Below are positions 38,669-46,431 of a DNA stretch of 56,904 bases, in pieces. The DNA comes from a virus (lineage: Duplodnaviria; Caudoviricetes): IMG/VR virus record IMGVR_UViG_3300015082_000001, positions 1 through 56,904 of that record, one strand, 5' to 3'. The notes beneath the pieces were generated by a model, which was given only the letters and a program-made list of their open reading frames with translations, searched no databases and was not told the origin of the DNA. The translations under genes were made by a program, and so were the position numbers. Within the stretch, counting starts at the first letter, position 1. Every line of letters starts with the position of its first letter.

Positions 38669-39058
38669 ATGAATGATGTATACCCCCCCACTGAGGTTAC
38701 TGAGACAAGGTATTGCTTTCGTTGTCAACAGAGAAAACCTCTTACCGAGTTTAACCGAAAGCGAGGTGGGTATCAAGTTCGCTGTCGTGAGTGCTGTGCT
38801 TGGGTTCAGTTAAAGATCAAGTATGGCATCACCCAAGAACAATACGAGGCAATGTGGGCAGAACAGCAAGGAGTTTGTGCTATTTGTCATCAGCCAGAAA
38901 GGATATGGACGCGCTTAATACCTGACCATAACCATGAAACTATGGTAGTGCGAGGGTTGTTATGCTCAAGTTGTAATCCCATGTTGGGTTATGCTAGAGA
39001 AGATCCAGAGGTGCTGCGAGAGGCAGCCCTTTACCTAGAAAGGAATGCAGTTGCCTGA
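38669..39058 (+). CDS. endonuclease VII-family (homing-type) nuclease
   Basis: KYGIT..Y..M..Q.GVCAIC..DHNH..VRGLLCSSCN..LG. Confidence 0.9.
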   Translation: MNDVYPPTEVTETRYCFRCQQRKPLTEFNRKRGGYQVRCRECCAWVQLKIKYGITQEQYEAMWAEQQGVCAICHQPERIWTRLIPDHNHETMVVRGLLCSSCNPMLGYAREDPEVLREAALYLERNAVA

Positions 39059-39707
39059 AAGCGTTGTAATAGATTTTACGAATGTCCGAGACCGTGACTT
39101 CAACATCAAGCACCTCCCGCCAGGGGATTACCCAGCGAAGGTCACGAAGATCATTGACCACGTGGCCAAGTCGGGCAATGCCAACTGGCTCTACAGCTTC
39201 ACCATCACCTCCGGCCCCGGCAAGGGTGCGGTCTATCCCTACTATGCGGGGCTCGATACCGAGCAGGCTTGGAAGATCAGGAATATCTACAGCGCTTGCG
39301 GGGTGGTCATCCCCAAGAAGAAGGTGCGCCTGAAGAGGGAGCAGGTTCTCAATCGGACCTGCGCTATCACCCTCGACGATGATGAGTACGAGGGGAAACT
39401 CAAGTCAGTCATTGCTGCAGTTATCCCGCTCTCGGATCTCGAGGGAGATGACGGTGTCGCAGATGCAGACGAAGAAGACGAAGAAGTTGCGGAAGCGCCA
39501 ACGCCAATCCGGAAGCCCAAGCCTAAGCCAAAGCCTGCCCCCGTCGAAGAAGATGAAGAGGAAGCTGAGGAAACCGAGGACGAAGATGAGGACGAAGAGG
39601 AAGCTGCTCCTCCTCCGCGCAAGAAGGCGAAGCCTGCAGCAGCAAAGAAGCCTGCAGTTGCAGAAGACGACGATGAACTGGAAGAACTCGAACTCGAGGA
39701 TTTGTAG
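39045..39707 (+). CDS. ssDNA-binding protein (DUF669-like OB fold) with long acidic tail
   Basis: LPPGDYPAKV..KSGN..DEYEGK; E/D-rich C-terminus; next to Sak4-like ATPase. Confidence 0.78.
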   Translation: MQLPESVVIDFTNVRDRDFNIKHLPPGDYPAKVTKIIDHVAKSGNANWLYSFTITSGPGKGAVYPYYAGLDTEQAWKIRNIYSACGVVIPKKKVRLKREQVLNRTCAITLDDDEYEGKLKSVIAAVIPLSDLEGDDGVADADEEDEEVAEAPTPIRKPKPKPKPAPVEEDEEEAEETEDEDEDEEEAAPPPRKKAKPAAAKKPAVAEDDDELEELELEDL

Positions 39708-39791
39708 GCAGTAGAGACAGGGTAGCCGAGAGTGAGGTAAGGGCTGAGAGGCTTAAGGCAGAAGTTATGCTGATCCTTTCAGTCGCCACCA

Positions 39792-39849
39792 AATGAGAGC
39801 CGCGCACAGATCGTCCTTCCTCGGTCAGGATGTGTGCGGCTCTCTCATT
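39792..39849 (+). terminator. long hairpin after SSB
   Basis: AATGAGAGCCGCGCACA...TGTGTGCGGCTCTCTCATT. Confidence 0.6.
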
Positions 39850-39901
39850 GTGTAAAGTTGAGAAGACCAACTTAAAAGTTCGTTCCAACTCAGGAGAAAC
39901 C

Positions 39902-40003
39902 ATGACTCGGTTTTTTGCTTGGAACTTGTGGCCTGCGTATCTATTCGCTGTGAGCTGGACTGCTTTGTTTCTTCTTTTTATTCTCCTCGGAAAGGATTTA
40001 TAA
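39902..40003 (+). CDS. 33-aa single-TM peptide (not in ORF track)
   Basis: AGGAG RBS; MTRFFAWNLWPAYLFAVSWTALFLLFILLGKDL. Confidence 0.6.
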   Translation: MTRFFAWNLWPAYLFAVSWTALFLLFILLGKDL

Positions 40004-40405
40004 GTGGATTTATTTCAAGAAGGTACTTTCCATCTCCATAGCGGAGCTTTCTCACGATGGAAGATTGAGTGCGATGCTCTGTCTGAAGGTGAGTGGGATA
40101 CACTAGGCTTGATGCTCAGTGAAATCTTGCCTCCCTTCAGTGAGGTGGTGGGGGTTCCTCGAGGAGGTATTAAGTTAGCTCAAGCTATGCAAGAGTTTAG
40201 GACACCAGGCGGGTTTTTGCTCATAGTAGATGATGTATTAACTACGGGGAATAGTATGCGAGAGGAAAGAGCCTTTAGGGAGACAAGGCATGGGCTATAT
40301 CCTCAAGACATACAAGGAGCCGTCATTTTTGCTCGAGGTGCCTGCCCCATATGGGTTACTCCACTCTTTCAGATGTATCCCCTAGGTACTGCGAAGGGAA
40401 GTTGA
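40004..40405 (+). CDS. type I phosphoribosyltransferase (orotate PRTase-like, short)
   Basis: FHLHSG, GVPRGG, PRPP-binding loop LIVDDVLTTGNS. Confidence 0.85.
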   Translation: MDLFQEGTFHLHSGAFSRWKIECDALSEGEWDTLGLMLSEILPPFSEVVGVPRGGIKLAQAMQEFRTPGGFLLIVDDVLTTGNSMREERAFRETRHGLYPQDIQGAVIFARGACPIWVTPLFQMYPLGTAKGS

Positions 40406-40410
40406 AACTC

Positions 40411-40713
40411 ATGACACAACGAGAAGCTAAGATATCAAGGCAGATTTTGGCTGCTTTGAGAGAAGAAGGTATTTTTTGTTTCAAGGTGTGGGGGAATGAA
40501 CTTCAGATGCAAGGGCTTCCAGATATCCTGGCTTGTGTGGATGGACTCTTCGTCGGCTTTGAAACAAAGGTGCCTGAGAAAAGAGATAACCTCAGCCCCC
40601 GTCAAGACTATGTAAAGGAGCAGATTGAACGATCACAGGGTAGAGTTTATGTAGTTTGTGGAGTACAAGAGGCTATTAACCTGGTTAAAGAGTTACGCTA
40701 CCGAGGGAAATGA
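40411..40713 (+). CDS. VRR-NUC nuclease
   Basis: GLPDI..G.FVGFETK..LSPRQ. Confidence 0.88.
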   Translation: MTQREAKISRQILAALREEGIFCFKVWGNELQMQGLPDILACVDGLFVGFETKVPEKRDNLSPRQDYVKEQIERSQGRVYVVCGVQEAINLVKELRYRGK

Positions 40714-40729
40714 AGGGTGAGGGAGAAGA

Positions 40730-40948
40730 ATGCCATCTTCATACAAAGCCCGTCGAGGAGTATACCGAGCTTATGTTACTTGGCGTAATCGAGGTTACTT
40801 CATTGGACATTATAACTCAATCGAGGAAGCGGAGTTAGCTGAGGTTAGGTTCAAGATGGGTATGCTGAGTGATCGTGAGCAAGAGTTATTGGATATCATT
40901 CAGAAAAATAAACTTAGACGACTCCCTAAGGTCTCGAAGATTCGATAA
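40730..40948 (+). CDS. stand-alone AP2-like DNA-binding domain protein
   Basis: YRAYV....YFIGHYNSIEEA. Confidence 0.6.
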   Translation: MPSSYKARRGVYRAYVTWRNRGYFIGHYNSIEEAELAEVRFKMGMLSDREQELLDIIQKNKLRRLPKVSKIR

Positions 40949-40963
40949 TGCGCGATCACATCA
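40916..40963 (-). repeat. 48-bp perfect inverted repeat, copy 2
   Basis: reverse complement of 24469-24516. Confidence 0.97.
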
Positions 40964-41069
40964 AGTGATGAACCTAAAGTCTCTGGAACTTCCCTACGGC
41001 TCTCTGCGAAAAATCTGCGATGCGATTCGGTGATGCGATGTGCGAGGTATGGGGTTATGGGGTAACACG

Positions 41070-41111
41070 ACTGCACCCTCCTTCGAAAGGGAATAAGAAG
41101 GAGGGTGCAGT
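41070..41111. terminator. 15-bp perfect stem between convergent transcription units
   Basis: ACTGCACCCTCCTTC / GAAGGAGGGTGCAGT. Confidence 0.75.
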
Positions 41112-41199
41112 TTGGTACCTGGGAAGGTTCCCCCATCCCCGTACCTTGGTGCCTGATGGAGGTATCGAGCCTTCATCAGGTGGTGTGGCTTGTGAGGGT

Positions 41200-41592
41200 C
41201 TAGCCCTCGACCTCGTCGACCTCGTCAACCTCGAGAACTGCCTCAACGGCATCGTCATTGAGGTTCTCGACGATGTCCTCACCATCGCCATTGAGATCCT
41301 CGAACTCGAGGTCCTCAGCGTCGGTGTCGAGATCTTCGGCCTCGATCGGAGCGACCTCCTTGGCGACCTTGCGGGCGCGCTTGGCGGCGTTCTCGAGGTA
41401 TGCGGCCTTGAGTGAGTCGGCCTCCTCGGGAGCGAAGGAGTAGCGCCCGCCCTGTCCAGGGAGGTTCTCGAGCCCGAAAGGATTCTCATCCTCGTGAGCG
41501 CGCTCGTACTCGCGGATGAACTTCCGGAGGGCCTTCGGGTCGATGTGAAGATCAGTTGCGATCTCCTTTGCGGTGAACATCTGAGCAGCCAT
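41200..41592 (-). CDS. HTH (MerR/Xis-like) DNA-binding protein with acidic tail, paralog 2
   Basis: FTAKEIATDLHIDPKALRKFIR..PGQGGRYSF; own promoter; strong GC3 bias. Confidence 0.78.
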   Translation of the reverse strand: MAAQMFTAKEIATDLHIDPKALRKFIREYERAHEDENPFGLENLPGQGGRYSFAPEEADSLKAAYLENAAKRARKVAKEVAPIEAEDLDTDAEDLEFEDLNGDGEDIVENLNDDAVEAVLEVDEVDEVEG

Positions 41593-41665
41593 GGGATTTT
41601 CTTTCCTGCGGGATGAGGAGAGTGGGGGGTAGTTCCCCCTCAATCGCATCGCATCGCATGTAGTT

Positions 41666-41694
41666 ATTTTATCATCCGATACTACCTATGTCAA
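41666..41694 (-). promoter_or_regulatory. extended -10 promoter
   Basis: TTGACA-17-TAAAAT followed by (ATGCG)3. Confidence 0.85.
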
Positions 41695-41712
41695 TATCCT
41701 GAGTAAACGTTT

Positions 41713-42675
41713 TTAACCTTTGTTACCTCCCTCTCCTCCCTCTCTAACATGAGCTTTCCACTGGTCAGTAAGCCACCGGTAAACTCCATCTTTTGCTGGT
41801 AATGCGGTCTGCTGAACAGTTCTGATAGTCCAACCACACTCACAGCCATAAACCCCTTTGCCTTGATATCCGAAAAAACGATGTTTACTCGGCATAATCC
41901 TCCGGCTCCTCTCGCCCATCTTCTTCATCGAGAACCTCATTAGGACAATTCCAAGAAGAATGAGCACCTCCGCAAAGTTCACAGTACTCAACATCTATTG
42001 CTCTGGTACTCCATCCAAGAACTTCACCCTCCTCATTGTAATGGATCTCATCATGTGCGCCGGGGAACATTATGCTCTCCGGTTCATGTAGGGTTTGGTA
42101 TCACTCGATACTCTCCAAGCATTGATGATGTGAGTTACAGGAATCTCCTGAGTCCCAGCCACTGGACGAGCACTGAAAACATAATCTTTGCCACTGTAAC
42201 CACCTCGTCCAATGTACTTCATCACATGAACTCGAGCGTACCGCTGGACTCCAGAAATCATTGTAGTGAGCTTGTACATCTCACCCTCGGTCAGGTTCAT
42301 CAGAACACCTTCACAATATCGAAGTCGTCATCGTAGACAATGGATAGGGCATAGGTTTCTGGAGTGGCAGGCTCTGGTTGTATCATGACCTCCCGTACAC
42401 CCCAAAAGTCGATGTCAGCCTGCAATGCCTGGATCAGCTCAGCCGTGGTCATCTGCTGATGCCCCCTCTTCGTTGTCCCACATCGCTTTCCAACACTCGG
42501 GATGAGTGCCGGTCATCAGTTGCTCGCGTTGATCTGGTGTAAGGTCGGGGAGCATCTGCTGAATGGGCCCTAGACCTTGTCCCCACTGGCGAGCACGCTC
42601 AAGTTGATCTTCTGTCAGCTCGAGCGTACCCTCCTTTTTGCACCAGGAGCACTTCTTGGTCCTAACCGTTTTCAT
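41713..42675 (-). CDS. run of coupled small hypothetical genes (41713-41895, 41885-42070, 42070-42300, 42300-42452, 42439-42675)
   Basis: overlapping start/stop junctions; several CxxC motifs. Confidence 0.6.
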
Positions 42676-43135
42676 TGAGAAAAGTTCCGATCTCTTCACC
42701 GAGCTTCAGGAGTGCAACATCTGAAGTGGAAATGGTCATGGAGGATGAAGTGGAGGGGGTGGGAGGCGCCGGCGCAAGTGCAGGCTTCTTATAGATGAGG
42801 CGCAGGCATGACGCTGGCATCCGAATCCTGCCTGATCTGAACTTCCCCACACCATAATCAAGCTGGACCCAAAGGGTAAACTGCTTGTCATTCTGCCCGG
42901 AGGGTGTGGGGATAATAACGCCTCGTTGGTTCTCGAGGTACTTGGGCTTAATGCCCGAGCTAATGCTGACTCGGTCCCCAATCTCGAGGGTAGCAACCAT
43001 CTCGAGGGCCTGGCGATCACGCAGATATTTCCTGCGTCGCGACAGGGCATCAACTACCGAGTCTAGGTGTTCATCCACCTGACCTCGTAAGATGATCCTC
43101 ATCATCTTTTGAGCTAGTTCATCGGAGTCGGGCAT
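42662..43135 (-). CDS. hypothetical protein with SH3/KOW-like domain
   Basis: LEIGDRVSI..PKYL..RGVI..VQLD; RBS GAAAGGGA. Confidence 0.6.
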   Translation of the reverse strand: MPDSDELAQKMMRIILRGQVDEHLDSVVDALSRRRKYLRDRQALEMVATLEIGDRVSISSGIKPKYLENQRGVIIPTPSGQNDKQFTLWVQLDYGVGKFRSGRIRMPASCLRLIYKKPALAPAPPTPSTSSSMTISTSDVALLKLGEEIGTFLNENG

Positions 43136-43183
43136 AGTTCCCTTTCTGGAAATAAACTCTGCGATCATTTTGATCGCATAGTT

Positions 43184-43213
43184 ATTATATCATCCGGGGA
43201 TATCTTAGAGCAA
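43184..43213 (-). promoter_or_regulatory. extended -10 promoter with downstream palindrome
   Basis: TTGCTC-18-TATAAT; GCGATCA-N3-TGATCGC at 43161-43177. Confidence 0.7.
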
Positions 43214-43244
43214 GTTCTCGAGTCCAGGGGTAAATACTTTGTAC

Positions 43245-43514
43245 CTACTCTTCTGAGGGTATCCAACACCTTTCATCTGCTCCGGAACATCCACAGGCGC
43301 AAAACATCTCGTCACCTGTATCGCCGCAGTCTCGAACATGAGGTTGTCTCGGGATACAGGGAGGATAACCCAGCCAGCGAATTGAACCCCAAAGTTGACC
43401 TGTGGCATCACCATACATCTGAATCTTGAGACGAGTTAGTTCTTTAGGGTTGTTAACATAGTCTAGACAAGCTTGCTTGAACTCTTCGGCGGTAGTGATT
43501 CTATCGCTTGGCAT
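43245..43514 (-). CDS. hypothetical protein
   Basis: coupled ORF with Cys cluster. Confidence 0.5.
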   Translation of the reverse strand: MPSDRITTAEEFKQACLDYVNNPKELTRLKIQMYGDATGQLWGSIRWLGYPPCIPRQPHVRDCGDTGDEMFCACGCSGADERCWIPSEE

Positions 43515-44214
43515 TCGGTACCTCCCGGATGAAACGATCTAGGTTACGGTAGGCGCGGTCATCAACTTTCCCATTACCTGAGAGCTTCTTGATATTCTCC
43601 TCGAGTTGGCGCTTGAGAGCTATGAGCCCACGATTCTGGTGGGTGAGGGCTTGAACTTGATCTTCAGTTATCTCGAGCTTGCGTCGCAGTTGCTGATTCT
43701 CCTCGAGCAAAGTGGATACTCGATCTGCCAAGATCATATCCTGAGAAATAACGGGTTCGCCCAAAACCTCGAGGATCAATCCAACTGCAGCTGCAAGCCG
43801 CTCATGAGGTGTGGTCGGGTTCTCTGGCGCGGGTGGCGCCTCGGGTAGAGGTAGGGTTTGAATCCCATTCGGAGAAATGACGAGGTCAGGAGGGATTATG
43901 GGGTCAGGAGGGAGAAGTGATGCAGTAGCAGGGCGGGTACCTTTCTCCCAGCCCTCAGGAACTTCTAGAAGTTTTAGGCTCAAAGGGTGTCTCCCATCCA
44001 ACCCCATCTGTATCGCTATGATACCCTCTTCTGCCATTCTCTTGATCGCTTTTGCTACCCCCTGAGGGGAGGCCTCTATAGAGTCTAGATTGCTGAGATT
44101 GTAGGCTAAACTACCCTTTCCGGGAGGAGTCCATGACCCTTCGTAAGGCGGGCAGGCATTCTCCCTCAGAAGCCTGATAATCTCCAAGCTTAACTTGGTT
44201 TTTCGAAGGGTCAT
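43501..44214 (-). CDS. winged-helix + coiled-coil protein
   Basis: SPQGVAKAIKRMAEEGII wHTH pattern; C-terminal heptad repeats; GAGGAG RBS. Confidence 0.6.
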   Translation of the reverse strand: MTLRKTKLSLEIIRLLRENACPPYEGSWTPPGKGSLAYNLSNLDSIEASPQGVAKAIKRMAEEGIIAIQMGLDGRHPLSLKLLEVPEGWEKGTRPATASLLPPDPIIPPDLVISPNGIQTLPLPEAPPAPENPTTPHERLAAAVGLILEVLGEPVISQDMILADRVSTLLEENQQLRRKLEITEDQVQALTHQNRGLIALKRQLEENIKKLSGNGKVDDRAYRNLDRFIREVPNAKR

Positions 44215-44304
44215 GGATTTCTCCTCAGTTGTAGTAGGTATAGTGGAAAAAAAGTTTTCGAAGATTTTTCAAACTATCAACCTCGTCATCTCGATGAAGA
44301 TAGG

Positions 44305-44529
44305 CTATCGGGGGTACCTTCTGCGATCTCTTTGGGGGCAAGGAGACTCATTGATGTGAGCCTCCCAGCCAACTGAGCAAGCCATGCAGTTAACACCCTG
44401 TCGCGGTTCACCTTGAAGAAAACCAAAAGGTTCTCCATCAGGGGCCGCACCCACTATCTCTACAGGTTGATATGCCATCATAGTCCACTGATGACCCTTT
44501 ACTTCGGTAAGCTCAGTATCCGCCGTCAT
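44305..44529 (-). CDS. hypothetical protein
   Basis: RBS GGAAAGGGA; own promoter. Confidence 0.6.
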   Translation of the reverse strand: MTADTELTEVKGHQWTMMAYQPVEIVGAAPDGEPFGFLQGEPRQGVNCMACSVGWEAHINESPCPQRDRRRYPR

Positions 44530-44580
44530 TGTTTCCCTTTCCTTCGTTAGCTGGGGGGGCATAATCATTCGATCAAGGTC

Positions 44581-44609
44581 ATTATATCATATCCTGAACC
44601 ACGAGTCAA
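44581..44609 (-). promoter_or_regulatory. extended -10 promoter
   Basis: TTGACT-17-TATAAT. Confidence 0.85.
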
Positions 44610-44622
44610 TGCCTGGAAGTCA

Positions 44623-45579
44623 CTAAGGTTTTCTCTTATTCCACACCCACTTAAGCCAGTCTCCTAGTGCTCGTTTGCTATCCGAGGGTGGCCAGATTTC
44701 TATCTCCTCATCGGGAACATTTTTGATATTGAAACCCTCAGGGCTCTCGAGACTAAAATCGGGGTCTGTATATCGAGGAGGGGTGACGAGAGTTCGGGGG
44801 ACTGGGGGGTTATCCGCTGCTCGAGGGAGTGCTGGGAGAGGCGGATTGATCCCAGAAGATCGCTGAACTGAAGTAAACATTGTTCCTGGCGGAGGCGGTT
44901 TATCCTTTGCCACGTTGAAACCTCCTGACGAATACTGTTCGAGCGCCGCAGATACGACACCTCTGGAACTGCCGGCTTAGGTCAAAGGGCATTGCATGGT
45001 GTCGAGTGAAGTAACCGAAGATACAAGGTCTACGACAGTATGGACACCACTGGTGTTCTGGAGGCATCTCCCAGGAGGTGAGGGTAGATTTGGTATTGAC
45101 TTTTCGACGTACACGGGGAGGCGTCCAGCCTCGGTTTGAAGAGTTAACCGCCCCATCTAGAGCCCCGAACTTAAGAGCTCTGATGAGGTGGTTATAGCTT
45201 TTGATGTATGACTCGGGGTGTGGAGATTCTTTGAACCAGCGGCCATTGGGCCCCTGTATCCACACACCCCAAAGAGGTTGCGGGCGAGTGTCGCCGGGGT
45301 GCACGACAGGAACTCTTATGACCCATTGTTTATAGATGGGATCTTTAAGGAGTTCCGCAAAAGTGAGTTGAGTTCTCACTCGAGGATGAGATAGAGAGTA
45401 GAGATATCATCGTAGTGACCTGCGGTTATCTCAAACGCTAGCATATCGGGGGTAGCCTCGTAGTGAGGGGGGTTACCAACCTCAATCTCATCGAGGAGTA
45501 CCACCCTGACTGGAGTGTCGGGAGACCAGTAAGACAACATACGCATGAGGTCTCCAACAGTGGAACCAGTAGCGTCCAT
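44623..45579 (-). CDS. three coupled hypothetical genes (44623-44913, 44900-45379 with Zn-ribbon, 45376-45579)
   Basis: overlapping junctions; CPYC/CRIC in the middle gene. Confidence 0.6.
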
Positions 45580-45772
45580 TATATCCTTTCAGCTGGGATC
45601 GTTAAGCCGAGTTGCCTCGGCGAGGGCCAGGATGGCCCAAACTGTACCTTGAGCTGGGTAGTCCCGGGCTGATTTAACTGCCCGTGCGACAAAGATGTTA
45701 TACCGACGAGAGGAGGGGAGGCCGATTGCCGCAAAGGCACTGGCGGCCTCCCCACCCCCGAAGGGCAGTGAG

Positions 45773-46204
45773 TCACTCTGCATTAGAAGCAGCCGCCTTG
45801 GTTTCCTTGCGGAGGCGGAGGATCTCCCGAGCCTTGTCGATGATGGCGTCCTCGGAGTTGAGGTCGATCGTGCGGTGGTAGTGATCCACCAGCATGTTGA
45901 TCGCGTCGCCCATGGAGGGCGTTGTGCCCGTGTCGTACATGATCTTGCCGACGATCCGGGCGAGCTTCGAGCGCACCTCCTCGGTGAGGCGAACGGAGGT
46001 CGCACCCGCGGCAGAACCGTTGGTGTGGGGCTCGTTGATCCTTTTGAAGACGAAATCAACCTTGCGTCCTTCGACCTTGGCAAGACCCCGAAGCCGAGCA
46101 ACCGCAATCTGCGCCTCATCCTGGTTCTTCGGAGGGGCGATGTTGTGCTCGGCAAGATCAATGATCTTCTTGCCGGGTGTCTCCATTATCTCGTAGTTAG
46201 CCAT
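45773..46204 (-). CDS. protein with ribbon-helix-helix-like DNA-binding segment
   Basis: TSVRLTEEVRSKL..SMGDAINMLVD; strong GC3 bias; own promoter. Confidence 0.65.
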   Translation of the reverse strand: MANYEIMETPGKKIIDLAEHNIAPPKNQDEAQIAVARLRGLAKVEGRKVDFVFKRINEPHTNGSAAGATSVRLTEEVRSKLARIVGKIMYDTGTTPSMGDAINMLVDHYHRTIDLNSEDAIIDKAREILRLRKETKAAASNAE

Positions 46205-46269
46205 TGGTTCTCTTTCTTTTTTAGGTCGATGGGGTCATCGCCGCTGCGCCGATCAGCGCATGCAAAGTC

Positions 46270-46298
46270 ATTATATCATTTCCCCGCATGCAAGTCAA
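46270..46298 (-). promoter_or_regulatory. extended -10 promoter
   Basis: TTGACT-17-TATAAT; GCATGC at 46258 and 46286. Confidence 0.85.
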
Positions 46299-46369
46299 GC
46301 AGGAGTTCGAACCTTGGTTAAACCCAAAAAACATTTATTCCATTCGTTCCATGGAGAATGACCTAGGTA

Positions 46370-46398
46370 TTGACATTAGGACTAAGGTGTGATAAAAT
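46370..46398 (+). promoter_or_regulatory. promoter of primase-helicase (divergent pair)
   Basis: TTGACA-17-TAAAAT, TGA before -10. Confidence 0.85.
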
Positions 46399-46431
46399 GG
46401 GAAAATCGCAGTACCGAGGGAGGGAGTAACG

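Noticed and set aside
41160-41181. CTGATGA on the minus strand as a hammerhead ribozyme core
   Set aside because: There is no downstream GAAA or third stem, and the motif is buried in a simple hairpin.
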